A DNA stretch of 48,770 nt, counting the filler, from Dirinaria sp. TL-2023a (Eukaryota): NCBI GenBank assembly GCA_051941275.1. It is 2 parts of 2 records of this genome, joined end to end, with 100 filler letters (N's around TTAATTAATTAA, not from the genome) between each part and the next. Parts side by side here need not be neighbours in the genome. Positions count along the whole stretch, not along the records: positions 24,447 to 48,770 come from JAVEBF010000192.1; 1 more part is not named here. One strand, 5' to 3'. Of the stretch, positions 25,888 through 39,457 are shown piece after piece. Numbering within the stretch: the stretch's first letter is position 1; each line of letters begins with the position of its first letter. The notes beneath the pieces are model-generated. The model saw only the letters and a program-made list of their open reading frames with translations, was not told the DNA's origin and made no database searches. The translations under genes and the position numbers were made by a program.

Positions 25888-27080
25888 GGAGATTCGCAAG
25901 CTCAATGTAGTGTAGGGACAGTGAATTGATTTTGCGCACGCTGCGGATAGCGTGGCTCAAGTGGGTGTTATCGTATACTGGGAGACAACATGAAGACGAT
26001 GGGGTCGAACAGCTGGAATATATACACGTTTAGGAAATCGCTGATGGGACAAGAGTCGGCATTGACTGAAGACTGGATATGGCAAGAGGGAAGCCGCAGG
26101 TTGGAGACAATAATGATGTCTGCAGGAGCAGCAGCGCGCACTTGGACAGGCGTGTGTCTCTGTCGAATCTGCGATTCACCAGATTGGGAAGATTGGGAAA
26201 CTCGGACCCCAACGGGCTGGGGCCAGTCAGCGATAGAGATTTGAAGGCCGAGAACAGGAAAATTGCAGCTCAGACAGCGGCGTAGTGCTAGCATAAGGTA
26301 GCTCAGGAACCCGTCTGGGGAACCGTGGGAAGCCATGGGAAGCCATGGGGGGTTTCGCGGTCGATCATGACGTGGTGAGTCACGCTTGCCCAATTGCCAG
26401 AAAATACTAAGGCATCAGACTTAATGTAATGAAATGAGATGCTCGTTTCACTCCTTCACGCACCCCAAACACCACCACTGGACAGGGGCAACCATGAGTC
26501 CATGACTGGGAATCGTCGAGTCATTTTACCCCCAAATTTCTTTTCATGCCAGTCCGTGGGATTCTACCTAGGTACTCCGGATCCCCAAATGTTTCATGGT
26601 TATGCACAAGCATTCATTGTGTGGTGTTTGGTGAGATGCAATAATCAGCCTCATATTGCATGTGCAGCAGGCAGGCAAGCAGGCAGGCCGGCCTGCATCC
26701 GAAACTTCTACAACCATGCAATGGGAACCGAGCAGCGCTGCGGACAATGCACGCCTGCATGGAAATCACGCACCTCAGCTCTCTTCACAGCATCTGCTAC
26801 TGAAAGCATGACGACTTGCAATTATCAAAATACTGGTCTATCAAATCACTGACGAGCGTTCTATCAAAAATTCCATAGCTGGCATCCCGTCAAAACTTCC
26901 CGGCCCTGGCAGGCTGGCACATCCATGCGGTCGGACACCTGCTGTGCCCCACGAATTGAAACGCTTTTGCTCCTCATGTTGGGTAAACATGCTCGAGCGA
27001 TTGCCAATCAGGCCATGGCTATGCGATGCTCCTAACGCTCCCCAAAGCAGGAGGTCTCCAATGCGTTTTGCAAGCGATGC

Positions 27081-30000
27081 TCAGAATACCCAGTCTTCAT
27101 CCACCGACTTGATCGCCCAGTTAAACTTCTCCCGCAGGGTCTTGGAAAAGAACCTCTCAATCGGCACGTTGAACTTCTTCGAGAAGACGACTGTGAGCCG
27201 GGGATCAATATAGTTCTGCGAACGGACGTTAGTAACCGACGTAGGAAAGGATGTGGCAGAGGTACGTACAATCTTCGAAGTGCCGAGAGCAACTTCCTTG
27301 TTGCCCTCCTTATCCTCCGCCTGTACCAGCATCGTCTGGATACGCTGATCGAGCTTCTCGATTTGTCCCTCGAGTTTCTCAACCGTCGGCCCTTTACCTT
27401 CCGCCTCCACTTTCCCCGTCTTGTTCTCCTTTTTGAATTTCTTCGCAAGCTCGTTAGCAGCTCCGAGCTTTTCTTCCAGCTCTTTAGCCTTCATCTCCTT
27501 TTCGCCTTCCGCCTTGAGCTTTTCGTTATCCTTGGCAAATTTCTTCTCAATCTTAGTGCGCTGCTCTTGCACGAGGTAGTCCTGGTGTTCGTGGATCCAC
27601 TCCTCGTCCAAATCATCTTCAAGCTGAAAGTAGTCGGCGCCCTTCTGCTTTTTGGTTCTCGGTTCAACGTCAATCATCATCTGCTTTATACGCCACTTTT
27701 GATATTTGAGGCCTTTGATACGATCTGCCAGTTTTTCCATCTGTGACTCGTGTCCGGCCGCCACCGTCCGTTTATGATTGCAGAGAATTGCCACCTTCCG
27801 ATTGGCGGCATTATAATCCTTGACTTTCTCTGGGATCGTGCCTGTGGATTCCATATCACGAAGGAGTCTCGACATGGTAAATGAAGCATTGTAGGTACGA
27901 AAGACTTTGGCAGTGAGACCCGGCATGTAATTCGACAAATGCCTGTTCAATCCATCTGTAGTCAGGCGATCGAAGATTTCGTCCCCGTCGCCCTTGGGGG
28001 CCTTCTTAAATATCTTCAGATTCTTGAACACTTGAGCGTCAACCTCGACCTCATCATAAAAGCGAATACTGTCTTTGCCAAGGAAATCAAAGATGACTTT
28101 GTTTGGTGGTTTGAGTGTGACGTGCTCGAATTTGAGTGAGCAACATCCGACTGTGTCAGCTTCGTCGTCACCTTTCTCATTACCAGCCCGAAGCGCGAAT
28201 TTATCAATGAGATAGACAGCTGTTGCACGTTGGCGGTTGGCCATGACTTCGTGCTTGAGTTCAGAAGTATAGTCTGCGCGGATACGGTCGATGTGCTTCT
28301 TGAGCTCCCTCGCCTTCTCAAACTTTTTATAGTCGCTTTGACCCTTGACATCGGAATTGGCGGCAAGCATCACATATTTATATGCGCCGTTGATGTTCTC
28401 TTGCCACATAGCAAGCCAAGTTCCTTCTTGATCGTGCTTGATGTCTTTCCAGCGATGACCCTCAGGCGGTACTGGTACAGTAGCCTCTTTGCCGATATTG
28501 ATCGTGATCTGCTCAGGGTCGACGCGAGCCTTAACTTTCCCGGTCTTGGGATGTTCACCACGGCCACGAAACAAACCAGGAGGCTCAACACGGAAATTAC
28601 CAACTTTTTGCTTGCGACCGTCCCATAAACAATACATGTATGGAGCTTCGGCAGCATCCTTTTCTGCCTTAAGCCTTTTCTTTTCAGCGGCTGGTAAAGC
28701 CTTTTTCTCGGTACGCTGGGCATCATAGTAATCGAAGATGGGCTGGAAGTCACATTTCGAGAAGTCCTTGATGTTGACCTTTTGTCCGTCCCTATCGACT
28801 GCGCCACCCGTCTCCTTCAGCACTTTCTGAAAGTCGGCAAAAAAGTTCTTCTGAAACGTCGGATTTTCAACATTGTGCGTTGAGTTCAGCATAGCTCCAA
28901 AAAATCCAGCAACTTCTTCAGCTTCTGGGGCCATTCTCACGGGCACGCCGTTATAGCGCATACAAACGTTCTTCGGTAGGGGCTGGTACTGGGGAGGAAA
29001 GACGACACCAGCGTGTTCGAGCGTAGTCCATTTGCTCGTCCCGTCACCCTGTGTTGGATCTTCCCACCATCTGTACTCCTCTTCCTGTTCCTCAGCTTCC
29101 TGATCCTGCTCAGTCTCTTCGTTTTTGATCCCTTTACCTTTCGTACCCTTTCTGGAGCTGGAGGCTTCCGCTTTGGTCTTCTTAGCCGCTGGCTTACGTG
29201 CAAGGGGTTCGTCATCGGAGCTCTCCTTCTTCACACCATTGCTTGCTCTCTTTTTGGATATGCTAGTCCCTCCCGCTCGGTCTTTCTTGATTCTTTTCAC
29301 GTTGGGCTTGTCCACATCATCATCAGCTTTTCTCGCCTTCTTCTTGCTTGCCAGCGCCGACTGTTCTTCTCGCCGAAGAGCCTTCGCTTCCTTTTCGGCA
29401 ACTTTTTCGATCTCATGCTTCTCTTTCGCCAGTTTCTTACCCAAAGGAGTATCAGAGTCATCAGATTCGCCAACAGCTGCTGGTGTAATCTTTGGAGGCT
29501 TCTTCAAGGCTGTGGCGTGACTTGCCTTCGACTTCTTCGAGATCAACGGAGCATCATCGGACGCAGATTCAGAGTGAGCCTCCGCTTTCGATACACGGCG
29601 TCGTTTGCTCTGCGATGCATCAGCGGCCTATCTTTCGGTGACAGCCGTAGAGTAACCTACTAAAGGCTTGTCATCTTCGTCGTCGTCACTTGTCTCCTTG
29701 TAGGTCTTCCCATTGCCGATGCTATTCCGCACTTTTCGCTTCGCTATACCATTCGGTGCGCGTGGATGTGTGCTAGGCCCGTCTACATCCATCTCCTCGA
29801 CTGGACCATTTCGAATTGAGATGCCTGGAGCTGCGTTCTTACCGGCCGGATTGGCTTTGTCCATGGCGCTATCGACGCTTTTGGAGATGACATCCTTTGA
29901 TTTTGAAGTAGCACCTACGAGAAGAGGGTGTCAGACATCAGGCACGAGATCTAAAGTATACGCGCAGAATATCTGAGATCAAGTCTCTTGGTTCGGGCGT

Positions 30001-30138
30001 TGCCGTGGATGCTGAGAAGCGCAGAGTACTTCGCAACTTCACGGAGGGTGTCTGATTGTACGAACCGTTAGTGATTGCATTATTGGACTTGATGCCCTTT
30101 GCCAGGGGCACGTCGTCGTCGGAGTCCGAGGAGCTCAT
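27081..30138 (-). CDS. TOP1: DNA topoisomerase I (type IB)
   Basis: Motifs KWTTLEHAGVVFPP, EPPGLFRGRGEHPK, FALRAGNEK, FDFLGKDSI, AKVFRTYNAS, ILCNHKR, catalytic SKI|NYIDPR. The acidic/basic N-terminus MSSSDSDDDVPL is spread over upstream exons. Confidence 0.98.
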
Positions 30139-30818
30139 GTTGGCAGGTGTTGGGCTTGAAGATAGTGACAGGCGACGATTTCTGGGCCAAACGGACGCGA
30201 CAAGTCAACAATGTGGCGCAAAGAATATCCACGAGGTGCCCCTTATGAGTTGAGGTCGCAATGAAAGAAAAAAGGACATGAAGAACAACGAGTGTTGGGG
30301 GTGGCTAGGTCTAAGGGATGTGGTTAATCATCAATACGAAGCGTGTAAAGTGGATAATGCGTGGTGTGACGAACCGCAGTAATCAAGTAATGAGTAGTAG
30401 GTGAGGCAGTGGTGGTGAGGAAAGGGAAGAAATAATAATAATGGAGTGGAAGTCAGTCAACCTTAAGTCAGGCTCAGGATTTCCATCGATCGGGAACTTG
30501 GTGGAATCTACCTGACCTGGACTTTACCACTCTGGTGAAACTCTGCGGAATTTGCGGTAAACCAGCTTGCGCTCACTGATTGGCCCGAGGGTCGCTGTTA
30601 TGCGAGCTAGCTGGATCGAGCCTAGCCAATAGCCATCGAATAAGGTAAGGTAGGGTTGGAGAGAGTGAGATGAAGGTGAATTACAGGAGGACGAAGTGTG
30701 AATTCACCCACTTTACAGATACCTCATGTTGTGGAACACAGTCATTCATCAGCAATAAAAGCTCCCGATTAAGAGGCGTGCCTGCAATCCCGTCGAGTTC
30801 TCTGGCTGCCTCTCCGCA
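30139..30818. promoter_or_regulatory. Divergent TOP1/ATP3 promoter with two CCAAT boxes
   Basis: Head-to-head genes 680 nt apart. ATTGG at 30579-30583 and CCAAT at 30626-30630. Hap/CBC regulation of respiratory genes is established in fungi, but site function here is inferred. Confidence 0.45.
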
Positions 30819-31985
30819 ATGCTGTCAAAGGCTGCCCAACCTGCCCTCCGAGCTGGCCATCTCCTTTCTGCACGGTATGCCTGGCTCACATGCACAGCAT
30901 CAGTCAATTGAGTCGATCAATTGCACAGTGGTCCATCGCGATTCATCGTTCACAAGCTCATTGATTTTCTCTAGGTTCGCAGCGCCGAGGGCTGCCAATT
31001 ATGCCACGCTCCGCGAGATCGAGGGTCGACTCAAATCCATCCGCAATATCGAGAAGATCACCAAGACAATGAAGATCGTAGCCTCTACTAAGCTAACAAG
31101 AGCACAAAGAGCTATGACGGAGTCTCGAAGCTATGGAGAAACCTCAAATACAGTCTTCGAAAAAGCTGAAACAAAAGCTATCGAGGGCGAGGGAAAGAAA
31201 ACGCTCCTCATCGTCTGCAGCTCTGACAAAGGCCTCTGTGGAGGTATCCATTCAGGGTTGTCCAAGGCCACTCGGAGAATGCTGGAGAATAAGCCGGACG
31301 CAGATATCGTTGTTATTGGGGAAAAATCGAAGGCCCAGCTAGGGCGATCGAGCGGCAGAAATATTGTCATGAGCTTTGCCGGTATCGGCAAGGATGTGCC
31401 GACGTTTGCAGACGCTCAAGCTATTGCGGACCAAGTCTCGTTGCTCCCGGGGGACTATAGTGATGTCCAAATCATCTACAACAAGTTCATCAACGCCCAG
31501 AGCTACGAAGCTACGCCCATTGAAGCTTTTTCCGAGGAATCGATTGCCAATTCTCGTGGGTTACAGCCATGGACCTATCCAAAAACTGGTGTAATATTCT
31601 AATTGATTGACAGCCAATTTCGCCGCTTTCGAGATCGACGATGCCGTGCTAGCAAATCTCCGTGAATACGCTCTTGCCAACTCTCTGTTCTGGGTAAGCG
31701 GGAAATAGGTAGTTCTTGGTTAGTATTGAGCTGATATGTCAACAGGCTCTAGCCGAAGGCCATGCATGCGAACAATCGGCACGACGGAACGCCATGGATG
31801 TAGGTTTTATCTGAGTCCGAGAAGCAGCCGCCCGCTAAGCTGACGTTTCATCTCAGAACGCTTCGAAAAACGCTGGTGATATGATCAACAAGTTTCAGAT
31901 TCTTTTCAACCGTACACGGCAAGCTGTCATCACTGGGGAATTGGTGGAGATTATTACTGGAGCAGCGGCATCGGAGGATGCTTAG
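30819..31985 (+). CDS. ATP3: Mitochondrial F1 ATP synthase gamma subunit
   Basis: Presequence exon [13 protein letters not shown], then [38 protein letters not shown] and spliced [34 protein letters not shown]. Confidence 0.98.
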
Positions 31986-34900
31986 CCTCTTGTATACTAT
32001 TCCGTCCTATGCATCATAACAGTTCGAGGATAAATACTTAAAGCGTACTTCTTCCCATCTTCGGAATTGATGTTCGGCGTTCGTTTCGTGAACTCCATGG
32101 GGCAACTTGCCGAGCCTGCTTCTCTTATCTTACCACAGCCGCAGGCTTGCTTTGTGAGCTGGTGCTCGCAGAAATACTTACCAGCTATACTCACGTTTGA
32201 TTGGAGCATGTCGCCATCTAGAAAATCAATAGCACGTATGGATTGCTCCCTCTAATACAGTACGCCGGATCCTTGGTTTGATACAACGGTTTTCACGGGT
32301 CACGGAAAGAGCGTAAGTTACATACAATTCCCTCGGTCAAGTAGGTAAGGGTTAGAGAACGATTCGAATGTTGACATGAGAGTCTTAGGTTTTCCTCCCG
32401 GATATGACATCTTACACAACACAAGGACAAGATGAGGTATTCAGCTTGCGAGATATTCGCTCGTTGCTTTAGTGAGCCGACCGTAAGGATACTGAATATT
32501 TGAATGTCAAATTCTCAATACCACGACCAGTATGTTGATTGTCGAACCCAGCTGGCTTTCTCCGTACAAACAGGCTACGTCATGTTATACTGAAGGACCC
32601 AAAAGGAACATCTACAGCCCGCTTCTGACTCTTATGAACGCGACTAACAGACGCCCAAGATAATGACAAACTGCCCAGCTAGCTTTCGCCTAGAACTATT
32701 TCTACGCCATGATATCGAAACTAGGTACAAACAGCTCGCGTACCTTGGGAGTATCCGCAGATGCTGCTGCAGCTTCTCGAGAGTGTGGCAGCCGGGAATC
32801 GGTCGTGCCTGTTTTGGGCACAACACCATACATTATCTAATTCATAAAAAAAAAGCGCGCTTGAAATCGAACAACGGAGCGAAACTGTTAGCTCTGGCAG
32901 ATGCAACCCATGTAAGCCGAGGACAAGGTAATAGCTCACAAAATAGAGCACACCCATGTGACTTCTCAACTCTACTCATCTATCCAACGGTTCAGTTCTC
33001 ACGGATGTGGACATCGGTCACCCCATTTGGTTCCTCAGGCTATCTCGTACACTATCGAAAATTCTACGATATAGAATACTTTCCTTGGTTTCCATCGATG
33101 CACTATTTCGATCTCTTGGCAATAGCACGCTCGATTATTATGGTATCGATGATGTCTCACTCTTGGACCAATGATTATTGCTGTTGCTGGTAGATATTTG
33201 TCTCACTGGATATACTCGGATGAGAAAATGCGACTGCCGGCGTAGCACGTTGAAGCAGGCCAGTGTATGACAGATTCCTTTGAAAACCGTCCTGTCATGA
33301 GATGATCCGGGGAATACCGGCTTCTCATGTCGGACTTGAAGGAGAGAGCCGCATCGTGCAGTCTCTGTCCGTTCCGGAAAAGTCGGGGTATGTGTGCTCA
33401 ATCAAGGCTGGCGTTCTAGAAGCGTTTCCTTGTACGATCAATAGCAGGCATCCATAGCAAAGCTGTCATCGAGAGACGCTATTGGTGAGAGCAATGTAAA
33501 TCCGATGTGCCTAAAGTGCGACTCGGGCTGTTCGCATACTGACTCGAGGTCTTGCAGGGCACTTCAGAGCAGCTGGTACCTTGTTCCACACCGGTGGGTG
33601 CGAGAGAAACTCAATATACGAGTACCAATGCTTGGATTGTGCAGGCTAAGACCAATGGATTATTCCATCCCACTCTGTCCGAGGACCTTGCAAATAAGCA
33701 TCGAGGGATTTATGGGGGGATGCATTCCACTGCCGGGACGAGTACATGGGCTCGCCGCGGGTCTGTGTGGGCTTTGGTAGACTGACACGAGGCTGCCATC
33801 AGCTGGCTGGTCCAAAGGCCGCTGCCAGTACCCTGCAAGACTGCAAGAGAAAGAAGTTCATGTTCGACATCGGTACTCTAAAAGTCGAGATCTGCAAAGG
33901 TAGTAGATTGAACCGTCCGCTTGGAAAACCACTCATTATTGCACTCATTGCAATCCTGCAGCCGGGCGACCGAGGTTGAGCCACATGGATGACATTTCGG
34001 AGGAATTTGGTGGGAAAGGGGAAATATTGGCTTCCTCAGACTTTGAAAAAGTGGGTATGGGAAGCGCTATCGATAAGAGAGCATCTGGATCCTAGTGTTC
34101 TAAGGTGGTAGTAAGTAAGTAAGACTGTTTCAGATTATTGGAGTGACACACTGGAAATCCTATTCCATTTGCCGTACACACCACCGCTTCCGGAAATGGC
34201 GCCGTCCATGGCAGCTCGACTTCACCGTCTTACGCGTCGTCAGCCGAAAGCTGACAAGGACACGACATCAAAGCAACCAGCGCCTGCATTGCACGCTGTC
34301 AGTACAGGCCAAACTGTGAAACTACAGTACTCCGTACAGGACACATTAAGGCTCACAGCATATGTACTGTATCCATGTTAGTACCAACAGCCATCTAGAA
34401 TCGTTTGCATGGTCCGAGCGTACAGTACTGGTACCGACTACCTTAGTAGCTGTACCTTAGTAACTGGACCTTAGTAACTAAGGTACTGTACTCCGTACCA
34501 AGCGACGCTTACCCCGGCAACTGTAATCGAACTTCTCCTTCTCTTCTCCAAATCTCCTTGAAATACGTACGAGTACGCGCTGAGCGGCGCATCGCAATCG
34601 CAGCCTTCAGACAGACTTTTGACACACATCACCCTTCGCGCGAAAGCGATTGCGAGATTCATGGCAAGCGTAACCGCTGTTAAGGAGTGTGCCTGAGGAG
34701 ATGTTAAGGTACACCCATGCCACTTGTCGCATCTTGCATGAGACCGGATAGGAATGGTCGGTTTTGGCGCGCAATCAGCCTTGAGAGCAATACACCCATC
34801 TCTCAAGCTACTGTTCCTGGATCCCGTCAATTGACACTTTTTTCATTACGGCCCGGCGTGCCCTGGGTAAAGGTGCATGCATCTCAGCGATCCCATGTGC

Positions 34901-35333
34901 CTCTAACTTTCCACCGATGCAGGTTCTGTGCGCTGCTTGTAGCTCACGCAAAGGAATTGGTCGAGGCGCTGAAGGATGCTTTCACTACTCAGACCCTTGA
35001 GATGAGCTTGGATCGGATTGGTCTCGAACACACAACACTTACAATCTGATATAAGATGGCTGCTAATCGAACCGTTTCACGTTCCCATCTCTCGTTGAGT
35101 CACCGCCCACCATTCCCTCCTTACTTTCTTCTTCTCTTTCTTCTACGACTCTCCTTGAGCTTCTGTTCTAGCTTCAAGTCATTCTTTCGAGCAGCATTTG
35201 GCCTGCATCAATCATTCTTTCCGAGCATACGCTCTTCCATTCTTTCAATTCTTGAATCTATTCACATTCTTTGGGTTGGGACCTACCTTCTTTGAAATCT
35301 CGCCCTTGCACATTGCTATCAACACTCTTTACC

Positions 35334-36707
35334 ATGCATTTCTCCGCCACTTGCGCGCTTTACTTGACGCTGGGCGTTGTATCAGCCATTCCTCGCCAGC
35401 ACCCTCGCCAGAATCAAGCCAGTCGGCCTTGTTTCCAGGACAACCCACTACGTGCCCTCGAAGGGCTCTCTTCTGAGGCATCCGTTTTCTGTCCCAAATA
35501 CCTCGCTACTACTGGCGTTGCACTCCCTAGTCAGTTCTCTCAATGGCAAGGTCCTCGCTTGACCAGCGCTTGCAGCTGCTTTGAGAAGACTGCTGCTCCG
35601 GCCAAGCCTACTACCACTTCCTCGACTAAACGTCCTCCCAAGGCTACCAGCCCAACCACAACATCGACGACTGTTGCCCCGCCTGTGACCCCGCCGGCTG
35701 TACCGAAGACCACCAGTTCATCTACGTCAACCACGTCAACCACATCTTCTACATCCGTACCCGTGGTCGCTAAAAGCACCGGCGGTAGTGCAAAGCGTGG
35801 TCTTGTGTACGACTACAGTTCGAAAAACTCGTTCTTCAACTTCTTCTCCGGCAGCCAGTACGTCGGCTTCGGCTCGAACTGGGGTGACTCGCGCAACACT
35901 AATGGTATTACACTACCCAATACATGGAATTTTGTTCCAACTTTAAGAGTGGATGGCAACCTGCAGAGCAGTACCTGGAACAGCAATGCCAACGCAGCGA
36001 TCAAGAGCGGCGCCAAGTACCTTTTCGCGTGAGTGTCGCCCAGCATGTCAATGATCATTTGTACACAGGCACTAAAAAGAGGTCTGTATAGGTCGAACGA
36101 GCCGGACAACGCTGGCCAAGCCAACCTCAGCCCTGCCAATGCAGCTAAGGTCTACAAACAGTACATGCAACCGTTCAAAGGGCAGGCTCTCCTAGCGACC
36201 CCAGCTGTCACGAACGGGGGTGGTCAGACCGGTCTGAACTACCTAGGGGAGTTCGTAGGCAACTGCACCGGATGCCACTTCGACATAATCAACATCCATC
36301 ACTACGTGCAGCGCTCAGATATGAGCGTCGACCAAGGCGTCGCCGCGCTGAAAGCGTACATCCAACAGAATGTTCCCGCGCTTCAAGCCAAATATCCCAG
36401 CCTTCAAAATTTGCCCATCATGATTGGCGAGGTGAGTGGAAACTCGCAGAAGCTGCCACCGCAGCTGTTAGATAGCCATTCGCTGACATCTGCGCATTAG
36501 TTCTGGCTCTGGGGCGCCTCGACGTCGGAGGGTGGAACTTACCTCCAGGAAATCCTGCCCTACCTCGACTGCAACCCGAACATCATCGGCTATCAAGCCT
36601 TCGGCGGCCTCTGGCCCGGCAACTTCATCACGAGCGACGGCACCGGCCTCACGCCGGCCGGAACGGCCTATAAGAGCTACTACAAGTCTTTGTCTACCTG
36701 TAGCTAA
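35334..36707 (+). CDS. Secreted GH128 beta-1,3-glucanase-like protein with an N-terminal Cys module and a Thr/Ser/Pro linker, 3 exons
   Basis: Signal peptide MHFSATCALYLTLGVVSA, then AKRGLVY, FVPTL, NEPD (acid/base), TPAVTNG, INIHHY, IMIGE|FW (nucleophile) and LTPAGTAY. Confidence 0.85.
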
Positions 36708-37089
36708 AAAGCCTGTGTGGCTCCAAGGTTCGTTAAGACATCATTTCACCACTGCAAAAACGGGAATGGGAGAAGGAGGGGGGCCATGCAGGTTGGACGG
36801 GCAAAGCAGGAGCGCGCGGGCGCCGGAGGGCTGGGGAAAACCGGTCCATGGTTAAAGGCTGCATGTGGTGGTTGGAGAAAACGGCAAATTTTTTTTCTTT
36901 CTTCCCCCATCATTTTTTTTTCCTTTCTATTTCGTGTAGATATTTTATTATCCGTGGGCTAAAAGAAACTCAAATGAGAAATTTTTTTGTTGCTCCTGCC
37001 TTTTCCAAAAGGAAGGAGGGGACAAATAAAGTTCCTTTTTTTCCCTTTCTTCCACGATGATTTCATTGAAATTTGACACAAAAAAAAAG

Positions 37090-37118
37090 GAAAGAAAAGA
37101 AAAGAAAAGAAAAGAAAA
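37090..37118 (+). repeat. (GAAAA)n microsatellite in an A/T-tract-rich region between convergent genes
   Basis: Sequence gaaagaaaagaaaagaaaagaaaagaaaa is directly visible. Confidence 0.85.
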
Positions 37119-37882
37119 CGGTGATTCATATCTATGACGATTTGGTGCGTGAATCAAACATTTTTCCTTTTTCTTCCTCTCCCCTCCACTATTAGCGCAG
37201 AGATCATCGAAATTTAGAAAAAAAAAGTAAAATTGGATGGGGTTCTTGTCGATGACGATGATGATGACGCGGGTGTGTGTGAAACATATTCTTTCTTTTC
37301 TTTTTCGCGCCTTCGGCGCTAATGCACGTAAAGTACCTTAATCTTGCGAGCTCAGAAGGACGTAACTCTCGGCGATAATCATGATCCTCCTGAGGTATTG
37401 GTTGGTTCTGGTTTTGGTGGAGGGAGGAGTGGCAGGATGAAATTCAAGGTAAGATATATGATATAGGGACATTGAAGTAAGGTACCTAGGGAGGTGGGTA
37501 GGTAGGTACAGGTAACTAGGCGTGCGTCGAGAAAAAGTTTTCGGTTGGTAGGTGCCTGAGGGCCTCTGACTCTCTCTCGATCTAATTCCACCTTGTATTT
37601 CTGGAAATTTTTGTTGGGTATGGTATGGTAAGTTTACATTTATGTGCGAGATTGGGATAGGGGTTGGAAGAGCTACTTGAAAAGCGTGAAGGAAAAAAAG
37701 TTTTTTGGGCGTTTTGAAAATTGTACATGGCTGTAAGTATGCATTTGTCTGAGGAGGAAAGATTCATGGAGTGGGAAGGGTCTCATTTTTTCTCTCTCTA
37801 CGATATGTCTATTCAATACGAAAGGGTCCTGGTCAATCTACTCTTACATGAATATCGAGCTACGCTTCCTTTTAAAGGCTAG

Positions 37883-39457
37883 CTATGATGAGTTTGATGC
37901 GCCGCTTTTATGGTTGTACTGGATATCGTCGACGGCTTTGCGGATAGCATCCACGTCGTCGGGGACCTCGAGCAAGAGCCGTTCCAAGAAGTCGATCTTC
38001 GATCTGAGATGCTCTTCGCCGCCGCCGTTACCCGCGTTTGAGCTTGCGGGCTGCAGAAGTCGTTGCTTGCCCTTGGACAGCGCGGCTCGAGCTTGCCGAT
38101 GGGCTTCCTTCTTCGGCGCTTCAATGGCTTCTTGCAAGGGGAAAGCCGACTGTTGGGTTCCTTGTTAGAAATACTGAAGACCGGTAAGATGACGTATGAC
38201 TCACTTTCCGCAGATTTTGATAGGCGTCCTTGATGGTTTCTGGGTCATCGCTATATTCGTCCAGGCTTGTCATTAGCTGCTTTACGTGCTTTTCAACCTG
38301 CTCAAGCTCTCCGCTATCTATGGCTCTGCTGTGCGTGGATAGCTGCTGTTTTGTTCTTGCCAAGAGCTCGCTAGCCGGTTCCATGAAGCTTTGAGCCTCC
38401 GAACGCTCTTTGGCCAAGACATCAAGTTGGTCAGCCCAGAAGATCTTCGTCTCGTTGAGGTGGTTCGTGTACTCGAGCTCGAGTTCCCATTCAGGTAAAT
38501 GCTTCTCAGCGCGGTCAAGCCAAACTCGCATCCTCGGGCCACGATTGGGCACACCTGCGAAATGAACGAGCAAGTCTCCAGGCAGTATCTGAAATGGTAG
38601 TGTTCTCGAGCCGTCGTGCTCGGGTTGGTACGCATTGAACCACCGTTGGGGTACGATTACGAAATTTCGCCTGAATCGCTTCTCCTTCAATAGTACTTGG
38701 AGGGCTGACTGATCCCGAAATCGGAGCTCTTCGTCTGGTCGAAATATTCTGTAGGCGATGACTGACGATAGAAGCTCAACCGACCATGGATGCACCTTCA
38801 GGAAGAAAATGCCATTATTGAGCCCGTTCGGGTCTGCAGTTGTCAAAAGATGCAGATGTGGAAACTCGTCGGGCGGGAGGAAAATGTCCAGAGGAAGCTT
38901 TGGATTTGTCACTACAGTGTCTGCATCTACCCATCTGCGAATGGTCAATGCGGGTCAATCAATTATTGAGTGATGGCGTACAATAGCCATTTCAGCCGAC
39001 GCGCTTCCGGCTTACGTAATTCCTCCAACAGGATTGCCAATAGGTATACTGGCTTGTTCCAGATGCCGTCCAGTATTCCATGGCGAAGGACGAATAGTGG
39101 GTACCCAAAGCGCCTGTTATGCGCCTGATGGGACTGGATAGCGCGGACGTAAGTAGGATCCTTGCCGTGAAACAGGATAGTCACTTTTGCTATCAAAGAC
39201 TCAGAATCGATAGACTTGTCGCGCTGTGGGTAAGTGATCAGATCGTGAGGAGCGTCATATCTATAGCTAGAGAACTTGAGCTGACTGGAGTAGCCGAGTA
39301 GGAAATTCTTTGTTGCTAGAGAGACAGAGCGATCCAAGCTTTCGGGGTCAGCGAGCCATCTACTCGCCAGAAAGATGAAATAAACAGCAAGCAAGGTACT
39401 CAGCACCCTGAGGCATGGCTTGCCGCCGACAGGAAATTGTCCGAAACGTAGAACCAT
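37883..39457 (-). CDS. Glycosyltransferase family 34 (MNN10/GMA12-like) type II membrane protein with a long charged C-terminal extension, 3 exons
   Basis: N-terminal TM, then YVRAIQSH, GIWNKP, spliced WLL|WVDADT (DxD), GLNNGIFF, RDQSAL, PQRWFNAY and GDLLVHFAG. Confidence 0.88.

Noticed and set aside
32000..34200. Several 60-176 aa ORFs and a splice-like signal near 33780-33900
   Set aside because: No coherent gene model or recognisable domain could be built.
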